Notes under the pieces: model-generated
The model's database searches: none
Told to the model about the DNA's origin: nothing
Seen by the model: the letters and a program-made list of their open reading frames with translations, nothing else
DNA from: a virus
Lineage: Duplodnaviria; Caudoviricetes
Length of the DNA: 52,372 nt
Virus record (IMG/VR): IMGVR_UViG_3300032229_000930
Coordinates: 1-52,372 of that record
Strand: one strand, 5' to 3'
Shown here: positions 26,646 to 36,537 of the stretch, piece after piece
Position numbering within the stretch: the first letter of the stretch is position 1
How the letters are laid out: every line of letters begins with the position of its first letter
Made by a program: the position numbers and the translations under genes

Positions 26646-28550
26646 ATGGCTCCTGAAGTAAAAATCAAGATCACTGCGGCAGCGGAGCTTTCTGCACTCC
26701 GCTCTCTGAATGATTCTCTTGCAAAGCAGGTCATCCAGGCCAAGGCCCTTGGAAAGGATTATCAAGATCTGGAAAAAGATCTTCAGCGTGTCCAGAAGGC
26801 GATGGCTGATATCAAGCCCCCGTCCTTTCTTGATAAGGGGAAAAATGCACTCAGTGAGATTGTCAAAGAGCTGCCTGTCATTGGAGCCATCAGCCGCAAT
26901 TTCAATGGCCAGACCCCATACGTAGGAGCTGCTGTTGGCGGAGCTGTGCTAGGTGTCGAGGCGGCAAAGTCATTTGGAGAAGGAATCGTAAAAGCCGCTG
27001 AGTACGCCGATCAGATGGAAGAGCTCGGTTCGCGGACAGGACAGTCCGCCGCTGACGCCATCGTAATGACGCAGGCATTTAAAAATGTCGGGTTGGAAGC
27101 AGGCAACGTGGGCCAGGCCGTCAACATGCTTCAGATGGCCCTCACGGGTCTGAATGAGGAGGGGCTGCCCACCAAGGGAGTCTTTGACAACCTCGGTCTC
27201 TCGCTTGAGGCACTCAAGGACATGTCGCCGATCGCGGCGCTGCAGGCCATTAGCGAAAAGATCTCCGGGTTGTCGACAGCCGCTGACAAGACTCGGGCAG
27301 TTAAGGATCTGTTTGGTAGAGCGGGAGGCTCCCTGTTACCCCTCTTGGGCGACAATAAGGCATTCGACACGGCCAAGACTCAGGTAGGTGACCTCGGCGA
27401 AATCATCGAAAAGAATTCCGCTGATTTAGGCAGGTTCGCGGATGCCTGGGCAGGGTTGGACGTTAAGAAGATGCAGTTATTTGCAGGGTTTGCTGCCGAA
27501 CTTTCTGGATCTCTAGGCAGTGCTGCTGACCATATCAATGAGATGGATTTCACCAAGATTGGTGAAGGTCTTGCGAACTTTACAAAAGGTGCCGGTAGTC
27601 TAGCCGGAGATTTTTATGATAATAGTCAGATCCTTCAACACGTCGTTGGAGGCTTTAAGGCTGTCGCAGCGTATGGCGAGCTAAGAAAGGTTCAGGAGCA
27701 AACTGCAGCGACTGATAAAACCAATGCCCAACTAGAAGCCGATCTCAAGGAGCGCATGGCTGACCCGGCCAAGCAAGCAGAACACCTGAGATCCATTGCT
27801 GATTCAGGTGGATCTACTGGAAAGGGTACGATGCCTGTAGACGACGGGGGTGCAAATAGCTCGTATCAACGGCTGCGTACTCGCGATGGCGCTACTGAGG
27901 AAGAGTTAAAAAAGGCTCGTGATGCAGACCGCTTCAAGCGGATGACACCCCAAGAACAACTGGCTGGCATTGATAAAAACCTTGAGGAGGCGAGAACTGC
28001 ATCTAGGCGCACAGGCATTTCGGATGAGGATTATAGTTCCCAAGTTAAAAAAGTCGTCGCCCTAGAGCAACAGCGCCTTGAAGTCCTTGCAAAAATCTCC
28101 GAAGAGAAGAAGAAAAACCAAGAGCTTGAGGCGGCCAACTCCACCAAGCGTGAAGCCCTCGATCTGGAGCTCTCCATCAAGGAGGCTCAAGCCGCAGGAA
28201 ACAAGGATCTCGTCGCCAAGCTCCAGTGGCAGAAGGAGTACACGGCTCTCCTGAAGGCCGGTCTCGATGCCAAGGATCCCGATGCCTACAACAAGGCCGC
28301 TCGTGGGGCCAATGCCTCCATGGCGGATCCTATCGCCAGCGCCCGAGACATCGAGAAGCAGGCCACCTCGGCCGTGCCACTCTCCTCGCTCGGCCGTCTC
28401 GGCATGGCGATGGGTGAGAGCAGCAATGCCGCGCAGACGATCTCTAAACTCCAGGAGCTCATCGTGGCCCAGCAAGGGTCTTCCACGGCCCTCTCGAAGA
28501 TCGAGAAGAACACGGCCGACATGGCACAACAACGCGGAGGCTACCAATGA
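26646..28550 (+). CDS. Tail tape measure protein
   Basis: Ala-rich helical 634 aa; VKIKITA N-terminus, FDNLGLS and LFGRAG..LLPLL motifs. Confidence 0.9.
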   Translation: MAPEVKIKITAAAELSALRSLNDSLAKQVIQAKALGKDYQDLEKDLQRVQKAMADIKPPSFLDKGKNALSEIVKELPVIGAISRNFNGQTPYVGAAVGGAVLGVEAAKSFGEGIVKAAEYADQMEELGSRTGQSAADAIVMTQAFKNVGLEAGNVGQAVNMLQMALTGLNEEGLPTKGVFDNLGLSLEALKDMSPIAALQAISEKISGLSTAADKTRAVKDLFGRAGGSLLPLLGDNKAFDTAKTQVGDLGEIIEKNSADLGRFADAWAGLDVKKMQLFAGFAAELSGSLGSAADHINEMDFTKIGEGLANFTKGAGSLAGDFYDNSQILQHVVGGFKAVAAYGELRKVQEQTAATDKTNAQLEADLKERMADPAKQAEHLRSIADSGGSTGKGTMPVDDGGANSSYQRLRTRDGATEEELKKARDADRFKRMTPQEQLAGIDKNLEEARTASRRTGISDEDYSSQVKKVVALEQQRLEVLAKISEEKKKNQELEAANSTKREALDLELSIKEAQAAGNKDLVAKLQWQKEYTALLKAGLDAKDPDAYNKAARGANASMADPIASARDIEKQATSAVPLSSLGRLGMAMGESSNAAQTISKLQELIVAQQGSSTALSKIEKNTADMAQQRGGYQ

Positions 28551-29314
28551 GCATGATCCTTGGGACTCCTCCACCACAGCATGTGGTGTCAGTCGAGCAG
28601 TTGCCGAATGGCTCTTCGCGGCTCGTTCTCTCCATACCGATGCTCTTTGACAAGAGCAATGGTACTGACTATCCGGCACCGCAGAACTTCTCACTTCCAG
28701 GGGGTTTCGGTTTCGCAGGCGCACGCGGCAGACAGGACGCAAGCGGAAGCTGGAACTGGGAGATCACTTGTGAGGGTGGGCCATCCATCTCGCCCGGTGG
28801 AAGCCCAGGCGCTGGCGGGGGAGTGGAGGAAATGGCGGAGTATGCCTTCGAGCCATCTGATCTGGAGCTCCCGATCACGTCGCACCCAGATATCCTGAAG
28901 CTCATCGACACCTATGGAGGACGCGTTGAGGATGGCCGAGTCATCTTCCGCGATAAAGTCCCCAAGACCAAGGAGGGTGACCAGGCGGCAGCCAAAGATT
29001 TGGTTACCAAGAAAGGGGCATCTCCCATGTTCGGTGTCGAGGCCTACACCTCCTTCGCAGGCACCTGGACCAAGAGCTACACCCTTACAAAAGGTGATGG
29101 GCTCAAAGATATCTTTGCAGACGTCGAGAAGATCGTCGAGAACCCGCCCATGCCGGGCTGGATCACGTTCACTTTTGGCAATAATCGGAACTGGCTCAAG
29201 AGGATGCCCAGCATCCGGGTGAAAGGAAACTCGCTGCAGATCACCGAGCGCTATCTGCTCTCCGGTCTGGGAGGGCATAACCCCGCCGTCTACACGGGCA
29301 GACAATCCTTCTGA
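28547..29314 (+). CDS. Tail tip protein (post-TMP)
   Basis: Synteny; ATGA coupling; PITSHP motif. Confidence 0.6.
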   Translation: MSMILGTPPPQHVVSVEQLPNGSSRLVLSIPMLFDKSNGTDYPAPQNFSLPGGFGFAGARGRQDASGSWNWEITCEGGPSISPGGSPGAGGGVEEMAEYAFEPSDLELPITSHPDILKLIDTYGGRVEDGRVIFRDKVPKTKEGDQAAAKDLVTKKGASPMFGVEAYTSFAGTWTKSYTLTKGDGLKDIFADVEKIVENPPMPGWITFTFGNNRNWLKRMPSIRVKGNSLQITERYLLSGLGGHNPAVYTGRQSF

Positions 29315-29316
29315 CG

Positions 29317-29898
29317 ATGAACGATGATCTGACACGGCTGGAGGTGAGACCTGGAGATGACATCCGAGCGGAGGATCATAATGCCCTCGTGCGTGCTATC
29401 AGCCGGCGAACGATCAGGGGGGGCAAGGGTGTCCTCGTGAAGCAATATGATGACCATACGGCCGTCTCCTATCTCGCTCCCCGGCCGATCATCCGCCATG
29501 CCTGGAAGCCGACCATGACCAGCTTCGATGGGAAGCCTGCCGTGAACTTCTCACGCGGCCTCATCAATGGGATCGAGCCGATGATCGATGAGAAGAAGCT
29601 CTCTGATGCTGATCAGAAGCCGCTGGTCCTCTCAGAGTTCGACAAGGATCTGGGTGACTGTCTGATTTACGCCGAGCTGAAGCTCGACCTACAGACTTGG
29701 GCGATCAAGGAGGCCAAGATGATCGCCTCGGCCAAGCCACCTGCCTTCCAGCCCTTCACGGCCCGCAAGCTCATCGCGATCGCGAACTGGGATGGGACAG
29801 TCGAGCCGAGATGTTATTTCGATCTGGGGTTCATCGCTTCCAACCGAAAGCCGAGCGGTATCTTCCGTGCGTGGTGGTTCCAGGGAGGTGTCTCATGA
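29317..29898 (+). CDS. Tail protein
   Basis: VRPGDDIRAEDHNALV N-terminus typical of tail proteins; synteny. Confidence 0.6.
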   Translation: MNDDLTRLEVRPGDDIRAEDHNALVRAISRRTIRGGKGVLVKQYDDHTAVSYLAPRPIIRHAWKPTMTSFDGKPAVNFSRGLINGIEPMIDEKKLSDADQKPLVLSEFDKDLGDCLIYAELKLDLQTWAIKEAKMIASAKPPAFQPFTARKLIAIANWDGTVEPRCYFDLGFIASNRKPSGIFRAWWFQGGVS

Positions 29899-30731
29899 GA
29901 ATGGTCACTCCGCTTGATCCTATCCGTGCTGCCGATCGCAATGCGCTCCTGCTGGCCATGAAGGAGCGGACACCCCGAGAGGGTCCGCGCCCGGTTGCCA
30001 CCGCTGCCTCTCACCCGTGGAAGTGCCGTGTGGAGGCTGGCGAGAAGCCCCGCCAGTGGAAGCTTCGCATGAAGGCTGGCTTCGTGGATGACCGCGAGGC
30101 CCCTGTGGCCTATCTCGCTGAAGCCGACCCACGCGGTTGGAAGATGCCTGAGAGCTTCCCTGCAGCACGTCTGCATGGCGGAGTCTGCGAGCGCTCATGG
30201 AGGGAGAAGGACGATCCTCCGTACCTGCTGCTCGATCTGAAGCGGGATTTCCTTCCCGTGGCCGATGCGGCCCGCCCTCCCTTCTTCATGACGGCCGAGG
30301 CCTGGAAGTTGGATCTCTCCATGTGCTCTGTCTACCTGACGGCGCGGCCTGTGAATCTCATTGCGGGTCGCGTCCTTCCAGCCCGTCATCGCACGTGGGC
30401 TGGGAAGATGCCATCCTCCCGAACGGCCTATCCCTATGGGATCCGAGAGCTTGCCCGCGTCTATGTGCTCGCGGGAAAAGAAGAAGCCGATGCAGCAGCC
30501 TTCGTGCAGCAGCGGGAGTTCTTCGATCTGCATTCTTCCCCAGTGGAGCCAATCATGTTCCTGCCAGACTATCAGCCGATCAATACATCCTTCGGCGGTA
30601 TCGGCTTTGGCCTCGCTGATGGAGCTCTAGCTGGCTTCAACATCGTGAACGACTTACTGACCCGTCAGGTGAATGAGGCCTTGGCCAATATGGCGGTGGG
30701 CACCTCAAGCGTGGAGATGTGGAGCGTATGA
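29895..30731 (+). CDS. Tail protein (N-terminus paralogous to preceding gene)
   Basis: DPIRAADRNAL...HPWK vs DDIRAEDHNAL...HAWK; start at MRMVTP. Confidence 0.6.
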   Translation: MRMVTPLDPIRAADRNALLLAMKERTPREGPRPVATAASHPWKCRVEAGEKPRQWKLRMKAGFVDDREAPVAYLAEADPRGWKMPESFPAARLHGGVCERSWREKDDPPYLLLDLKRDFLPVADAARPPFFMTAEAWKLDLSMCSVYLTARPVNLIAGRVLPARHRTWAGKMPSSRTAYPYGIRELARVYVLAGKEEADAAAFVQQREFFDLHSSPVEPIMFLPDYQPINTSFGGIGFGLADGALAGFNIVNDLLTRQVNEALANMAVGTSSVEMWSV

Positions 30732-30922
30732 GAACCATCGTCGAGAACCCTGCTCCCCTCAATGCCAATGGGAACTTCCCATTTAAGGTGACTCCATTCC
30801 CTGCTGACTGGCTTCTCAAGTTCACCTCCCTCGGAAAAATCAAAGACTCTGCAACCCCCAGATCCTCCCAGGCTGACAAGCCAAGCATCAACAAACTCAC
30901 CTCCCTTGAATCATGGACCTGA
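30728..30922 (+). CDS. Short tail-region ORF, possibly truncated
   Basis: ATGA-coupled start, 64 aa. Confidence 0.4.
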   Translation: MRTIVENPAPLNANGNFPFKVTPFPADWLLKFTSLGKIKDSATPRSSQADKPSINKLTSLESWT

Positions 30923-33510
30923 AACTCGGCCTCGACATCCAAAACAAGGCGCTCCTCTCCCCCGATGGGACGCCGCTCACCCTTCCACCACTGGTCCAAG
31001 GAGACGATATCTCCATCACCATTCAGGGGATGGAACGTCTGCAGAATGGAGGCTACCTGCGGGTCCCGATCAACTTTTCCCGGATTAAGATCGGCATCGG
31101 CCTCGTCGATGCACCACCGCTGGAGGGAACATTTGCCCTCGAAATCGCTGGTGATCGCACTCCTGCCATCGCCTTCAATGCCTCGAAGCAATTCATCGCA
31201 GGAAAGCTCAATGATCTCCCGAGTGTCATCTCACGGGGTGGCTTACGTATCTCCGAAAACGGCGCTCCCAATGTCTATCTCATCGCTTGGAATGACAAGA
31301 CGGTCACCACACCGATCGCGGTCGTGGAGAAGAAGCTCTTCCCCCACTGCTTCTCCCGAGTCGTCATCCTCTCGCAGGATGCCGGAACGCTCTTCATCCT
31401 CAAGATCATCCAGGCCCCGCTGGCATTCACAGATGCCTTTTCCCTGCCGCTAGCTCCCCCTGTCACTGTCGTGGCAGTGCGCTCGGGCACAGGTACCCGC
31501 AATGAGATCCAGCGCATCAATATCCCCCGCGATGCGCAGGGAGAGTTCTCCCTGACCTGGAATGGCCTGACGACCGTCATCATTCCGGTGGCCGAGGCTA
31601 CGGCTGCAACGATTGCCACTGCGCTTAATGATCTCTACTCGGACTCAGTCGCCCGCTTCAGGGTCACCCAGCCCGGAACGGGATACTATTATGTGGAGTT
31701 CATCGGTCCCCTTGCAGCGGCCGCGCAGGCGACGATCTCGGCGACCATGGAGAGTCAACAGCAACTTACCACCCCCACTGGTACTCTCGACCTCAATAGC
31801 GTGGGACTGGAATACCTTCTCGCAGGCAAGTCCTCCCTGCTCATGCGCCTGGAGATTGAAATCACCACGGCAGACGGTGCCATCGGCACACCGATCCAGC
31901 GGGAAGTCACCATCCTCAATGACATGCTCGACTCGACCATGGCCCTGGTTCCAGATCCCAAGTGGATCGAGGAGCAGCGGAGCAAGTCGGTCGTCGTCGA
32001 ATACAACTGGGAGGCCCCACCGACCTTCCTCGGGACCATCGGCTATGCCAACAACGCAGGAGATGCCGTGGCAAGCGACTGGACCTTCGTCCATAACATG
32101 GGCACCCGCGATGTCCACATCAGCGTACGCGACAATGTGACCGGGATCCGCGTGCCGGATAATGAGTACGAGGCGCTGATCCTCGATACGAACACGGTCA
32201 AGATCATCTTCCCGGAAGCTCCTCCTGCTAATCGCTACGCAGTCCTCATCACGGCCGCGAATGTGGGTGAGCACTTCCGCTCCCACCACCATGCCATCAG
32301 TGATATCGACGGCCTGCAGGCCATCCTCGATGTGCTCACAGGCGGAGGGAATCCGCTCGATCTCTGGCCCACCGTCCCAGTCTCCAAACTCCCTCAGATT
32401 CCTTTCTCGAAGCTCATCGGTTCCCTTCCGGATGACAAGGTCCCGGCCAATATCCCGCGACTGGATGAGGAGGGATTCCTGAATCTCTCTCAGCTTCCAC
32501 CCGAGATCCCGCGTCTCTCCGAGGATGGGTCGCTGATCTTTCGCTCTCGCAATGACGAATCGTGGTCCCTCCTGCTCAATGCCAATGGTCAGCTCAACCC
32601 TTCTCGTCTTGGTGATCTCTCCAATTACCCAGGCTTCACCGATTCCGTCCGCAAGGTGATCGGCGGCGGGGGTACCGGGTCGAGTGATCTCTTCCTTGGC
32701 TTCACGATTCCCTCTTGGAAAGAAATCTATCCCGGTCGCGTGGCAGCACCCGCCACGGATGACGCCCTCGATGCGATGGCCCTTCCCAAGCCGGGCGGTC
32801 TCCTTCCAGCCGTCACCACGGCCGCTGCCATCGAAAATCTCCCACTCCCCTTGCCAGCTCCTGCAGGCTATGCCGGGAGAGTCTACCAGCACGGCGGATC
32901 CTCCTCGATCATCCTTCCTGGTGGGGCTGGTCGTAAGGCCGGTACGCTCCTTCCTGGAGAGCATGTTGCAAGCGATGGGCGTTTCTGGTTCAAGGTCTCC
33001 CGCCAGGGATCCACCACAAGCTGGCATCCATCGGACTTCGACCGTGAACTCGTGCTTCTCGACATCAATGAGTCGATGCTCCCGGAGGACGCTCTGGCGA
33101 CCCTGAAGATCGACTTCGAGCTGCAAGTGCTGCGCAGTCAAACCCGATGCCAGTGGGTGCTGGTGATGGAAACAGGCACCTTCTCTTCTATCGCAAGCCC
33201 TGCCGGGACGAACATCTCCGGCATCACCTGGGCTGCACCGATGCTGACTTGCCCTCTGCATCTGACGAGTATCCGGACCCCTCACAGTTTCGGACTGCGC
33301 TTCACGCGAGGAGCAACCGGTATCACAGCCGAAACCAAGCTCTACCGCTCGCCGTGGCAGGCCTCGGCATCGGCTCCGGCTGCCGCTGGATTCCTGATCC
33401 GGGCACGACTCATCCGATTCGACACGGAGGACTCGCTGAGCGATCCGCGCGGCTATGTCTACCTGAACTTCAACCCCACCAAGCAATCCCTCGCCACGAT
33501 CGTCCTATGA
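30913..33510 (+). CDS. Large tail/baseplate-fibre protein
   Basis: 865 aa; NEIQRI..GEFSLTWNG repeat-type motif, HNMGTRDV, HHHAISDIDGLQ fibre motif. Confidence 0.7.
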   Translation: MDLKLGLDIQNKALLSPDGTPLTLPPLVQGDDISITIQGMERLQNGGYLRVPINFSRIKIGIGLVDAPPLEGTFALEIAGDRTPAIAFNASKQFIAGKLNDLPSVISRGGLRISENGAPNVYLIAWNDKTVTTPIAVVEKKLFPHCFSRVVILSQDAGTLFILKIIQAPLAFTDAFSLPLAPPVTVVAVRSGTGTRNEIQRINIPRDAQGEFSLTWNGLTTVIIPVAEATAATIATALNDLYSDSVARFRVTQPGTGYYYVEFIGPLAAAAQATISATMESQQQLTTPTGTLDLNSVGLEYLLAGKSSLLMRLEIEITTADGAIGTPIQREVTILNDMLDSTMALVPDPKWIEEQRSKSVVVEYNWEAPPTFLGTIGYANNAGDAVASDWTFVHNMGTRDVHISVRDNVTGIRVPDNEYEALILDTNTVKIIFPEAPPANRYAVLITAANVGEHFRSHHHAISDIDGLQAILDVLTGGGNPLDLWPTVPVSKLPQIPFSKLIGSLPDDKVPANIPRLDEEGFLNLSQLPPEIPRLSEDGSLIFRSRNDESWSLLLNANGQLNPSRLGDLSNYPGFTDSVRKVIGGGGTGSSDLFLGFTIPSWKEIYPGRVAAPATDDALDAMALPKPGGLLPAVTTAAAIENLPLPLPAPAGYAGRVYQHGGSSSIILPGGAGRKAGTLLPGEHVASDGRFWFKVSRQGSTTSWHPSDFDRELVLLDINESMLPEDALATLKIDFELQVLRSQTRCQWVLVMETGTFSSIASPAGTNISGITWAAPMLTCPLHLTSIRTPHSFGLRFTRGATGITAETKLYRSPWQASASAPAAAGFLIRARLIRFDTEDSLSDPRGYVYLNFNPTKQSLATIVL

Positions 33511-34247
33511 TTCCTGTCATCTCTACTATCACCTCCATCCTCGGCTATGCGGAGCGCGAGTTCTGGGTCTATCAACCCGCCGTCACCCAAGGTGCTCCAG
33601 TCACTGAGTGGAGCTGGAGCGGGCTACCGCCGGGTGTAACGGTCAACACCTCCACAGGAGCCATCACCGGCCCTGCAACCAATACTGGTGTCTATCTGGC
33701 GACCGTCACCGCGACCAACTCCAGCGGCACTGCATCGCTTGTCATCCCCATCGGCATCTTCGCTGCAGGATGGCAGCAGCAGGGGGCAATCGCGGTGGAT
33801 GTCGACCTCAACACAGGCGTGGTCACACCGATCATCTCGGGATATAAGGATGGGTCGCCGGTGATCTATGGTCAGCAGGGAGCCACTCTGATGATCGATG
33901 TGGGCTTCACGCAGAATGCCGGGGTGAGCCTCATCCCTCTCTACCCCTCGGAAGTGGCGATCACGCTGAAACAATTCGACTCCGAGGCCGCACCGATGTG
34001 TGCCTCCGATGGCACCTTCCAAGTCCTCGGTAGCTATCAGTCCACACGCTACCGTCTGCTGCTTCCTCTCACGGGTGATCTGCTCGCATCAGCACTCAGC
34101 GACAATGAGCAGGACAAGGGGACGCTCCTCACGCTGCTGGGTGAAATCCGCTGGGAGCAACCCATTGATTTCAACTCTGAGGCGAAGCTGATCCCGCGCT
34201 CTTCACTGACCTTCTCCGCACAAGTAGGCAAGGCCCTCGCTGCATAA
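33507..34247 (+). CDS. Putative Ig-domain (He_PIG-like) virion protein
   Basis: GLPPGVTVNTSTGAITG..TGVY..TVTATN; start at MIPVIS. Confidence 0.75.
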   Translation: MIPVISTITSILGYAEREFWVYQPAVTQGAPVTEWSWSGLPPGVTVNTSTGAITGPATNTGVYLATVTATNSSGTASLVIPIGIFAAGWQQQGAIAVDVDLNTGVVTPIISGYKDGSPVIYGQQGATLMIDVGFTQNAGVSLIPLYPSEVAITLKQFDSEAAPMCASDGTFQVLGSYQSTRYRLLLPLTGDLLASALSDNEQDKGTLLTLLGEIRWEQPIDFNSEAKLIPRSSLTFSAQVGKALAA

Positions 34248-34258
34248 TATCTCTCTCG

Positions 34259-35179
34259 ATGGAGGCTATCACCACATCAGGGCCATTCGACAAGACGCTC
34301 TACCTGGGACAGCCCATAAGTTTCCGCCTCGCATTCCTAGGGATGTACGGAAAGGCGGTGGTCAGCGTAGCGCTTTCACCCCTCCCTCCTGGATTAACTT
34401 CGTCGCTGAATCCATCAGCCTATGACCAATCTTTCATTTCTGGAGTTCCCACTGAATTAGGTGTTTTTACCGTTACACAGTCTTTTGTACTAAAGAATGG
34501 CAGCTATCCGATTTCCCCAGTTTTTCCGATCACATTCACGGTCACGAAACGTCAGCAGCGCATCGACGACTTCCTGCCTGTCTCACCGAAGCGCCCCGGC
34601 CAGCCTCCCTTCTCAATCGCACTGCCGGTAGCATCCAGCGGATTACCCGTCACGGTCACGGTGAAGAGTGGCCCGGCCACGATCTCTGGCGAGATGATCA
34701 CCCTCACGGGAACTGAGGGATCGGTCGTCCTCGCAGCAAACCAAGCTGGCGATGAGGACTATGCAGCAGCCACAGAGGTGCTGATGACCTTCATGGTCTC
34801 AGACACGAACTCCGCACCTGTGGCCGAGATGCCCGATGCCTACGTCACGAGTGGTGTCTACTTTGGGTGGGCGGTAGCCCGACAGGCCGGTATGGAAGGC
34901 CATCCCGTGCGTCGGTCGGCATGGACTGATCGCTGGCTTTATTTTTACAATGGACTCTGGTGGGTCATGCCGTCATCTGGAACTCCGAGAGTCGTGAGGA
35001 CGGTGGATTTCACAACCGATGACTTTCTGGCCACCGACTGGACCAATCTTTCTGCGACTTGCATCACTTCATCGGCTATCTCAGGCGGCGGCGCGGCACC
35101 CTGCCCGCTACCCTACGACCCGATCTCGCCAGCCATCGGACCTCTTGCCATTTCCGGGGCCTCCACCCTGCCTAAATAA
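34259..35179 (+). CDS. Ig-like virion protein with C-terminal DUF2829/Tad2-like domain
   Basis: LPPGL..ISGVPT and ASSGLPVT Ig-like segments; G.PVRR.AW...DFLATDW. Confidence 0.65.
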   Translation: MEAITTSGPFDKTLYLGQPISFRLAFLGMYGKAVVSVALSPLPPGLTSSLNPSAYDQSFISGVPTELGVFTVTQSFVLKNGSYPISPVFPITFTVTKRQQRIDDFLPVSPKRPGQPPFSIALPVASSGLPVTVTVKSGPATISGEMITLTGTEGSVVLAANQAGDEDYAAATEVLMTFMVSDTNSAPVAEMPDAYVTSGVYFGWAVARQAGMEGHPVRRSAWTDRWLYFYNGLWWVMPSSGTPRVVRTVDFTTDDFLATDWTNLSATCITSSAISGGGAAPCPLPYDPISPAIGPLAISGASTLPK

Positions 35180-36360
35180 TGTCCTCGGGAGTCGTAGCCT
35201 TTAACTTCCAGACCGCCTACTCAGCGGCGATGTCAGGTCATAGGATCCGTCGCATGGCGTGGACCGACCGATGGCTTCGCTTCTACAACGGACTCTGGTG
35301 GGTCTTGCCCTCATCCGGTACGCCGCGCGTGGTGACGACGGCAGATTTTTCAGCGGATGAGTTCAAGGCGCTCGACTGGACACACCTCTCTCCCGCATGC
35401 CTGAGTGCCCTGCAAACCTCTGAGCCAACTAAGTTCCCAGTCTGCCCGCTTCCATACCGCCCCCCGCAGCCTCAGCCTGTACCATCTCAGGGTGGTGGCT
35501 CTGCTGGTGGCTCTGCTGGTGGCTCTGCTGGTGGCTCTCCCCCTTCAGGAGCGCCCGGAGAACCATCCATGCCATTCTCAGGTGGAGGGGGCGGCGGCAC
35601 GATTAGCCCTTCTGGTTCGATTAGTCCACCGCGTCCCGAGCCTACGGAGATTTCATGGCCAACTCTCTCCCTTGAGGCGGCCTCTGTGGAAGAATGCCTG
35701 CTTAATGATGGCACTGGCAAATCCTCTTTCCAAATTGCTGGCTCAGTCAGCCTCGGCACCACCGATGACTCTCATGCTCAGGAATACTATTTTGTGACCG
35801 TCCGGGTCGGAGGGAAGCACCACGGCTTTCTTATGCCGCTTGGGGCAACCCGATACTTTGACGACACGATTGGCCCAGTCCTCATTGGCCATGGGCAAAT
35901 TTCAGTCACGGCCTCCGCAGTCATGAGTCATGGTCCAGGAACCAACATTACGGCCCCTCCCGTCACAATTCCGGTACCTGGTCTGTGCGCAGACCTAGGA
36001 TTTGACAGTGCGAATCCGGAGGATGGGACCGTTCTGCAAATCAAAGAGCAGGGTGTAGAGTCGGCGTTTTATAGCGCTCAGGGCTTTGATGGCACATCAC
36101 TCGGTCTGAGCGTCCGCAATCCATTGAGCCGCTCTATCACCTTGACTGTCTCAGGGAGCGTAGACGATGACGTGTTGTTCGACGGGGAAGTCTTTGAGCC
36201 GGGTATGCACCTCTACGGCGACACGTTCAATGGCGCGCACAACTTCTCGCGGCGGATCACTCTTGCGCCTGGTGCCACGGTGACGATCCAAGGTAAGGAC
36301 AACTTTGAAGGAGGATCCGGAATTTCCTGCACCCTTATTGCCCAAGAGATTTCAGACTAA
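35179..36360 (+). CDS. Protein with N-terminal DUF2829/Tad2-like domain, Pro/Gly linker and beta-rich C-terminus
   Basis: FQTAYSAAMSGHRIRRMAW...DEFKALDW; last gene of prophage. Confidence 0.65.
   Translation: MSSGVVAFNFQTAYSAAMSGHRIRRMAWTDRWLRFYNGLWWVLPSSGTPRVVTTADFSADEFKALDWTHLSPACLSALQTSEPTKFPVCPLPYRPPQPQPVPSQGGGSAGGSAGGSAGGSPPSGAPGEPSMPFSGGGGGGTISPSGSISPPRPEPTEISWPTLSLEAASVEECLLNDGTGKSSFQIAGSVSLGTTDDSHAQEYYFVTVRVGGKHHGFLMPLGATRYFDDTIGPVLIGHGQISVTASAVMSHGPGTNITAPPVTIPVPGLCADLGFDSANPEDGTVLQIKEQGVESAFYSAQGFDGTSLGLSVRNPLSRSITLTVSGSVDDDVLFDGEVFEPGMHLYGDTFNGAHNFSRRITLAPGATVTIQGKDNFEGGSGISCTLIAQEISD
35494..35538 (+). repeat. 12-bp tandem repeat GGTGGCTCTGCT x3.75 (GGSA linker)
   Basis: Directly visible. 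Confidence 0.9.
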
Positions 36361-36420
36361 TCACGCAGGCCAGCTTCAGCGTCTCTGCAGAGATCTTGCA
36401 GCCCTCCTGAAAAAGACTGT

Positions 36421-36454
36421 TTTCCCAAACCTTTGTCATTTTCTCCCAAACCTC
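36421..36454 (-). repeat. Right-end putative transposase binding sites (TTTCCCAAACCT, TTCTCCCAAACCTC)
   Basis: Inverted copies of left-end sites. Confidence 0.8.
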
Positions 36455-36537
36455 GCGTCGCTATACTCCTGCAGACCCGCATAAATACTAGGGTCAGCAT
36501 TTTGATGAGTGGTCAAAAAGGGGCCTTTTTGGGCCAA

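Larger units (their letters stand above)
288..36467. mobile_element. Mu-like transposable prophage (36,180 bp), sheathless (sipho-type) tail
   Basis: MuA/MuB/Gam-like genes; CCTGC duplicated at 283-287 and 36468-36472; inverted AGGTTTGGGA sites 13 bp from each end; full head, tail and lysis gene set. Confidence 0.9.

Noticed and set aside
31645-33486. 613-aa antisense ORF
   Set aside because: Shadow of the 865-aa tail gene in GC-rich DNA
34900-35400. Duplicated segment considered as a DGR TR/VR pair or invertible tail cassette
   Set aside because: Differences are not adenine-specific, the copies are direct and both coding, and no RT or invertase is present
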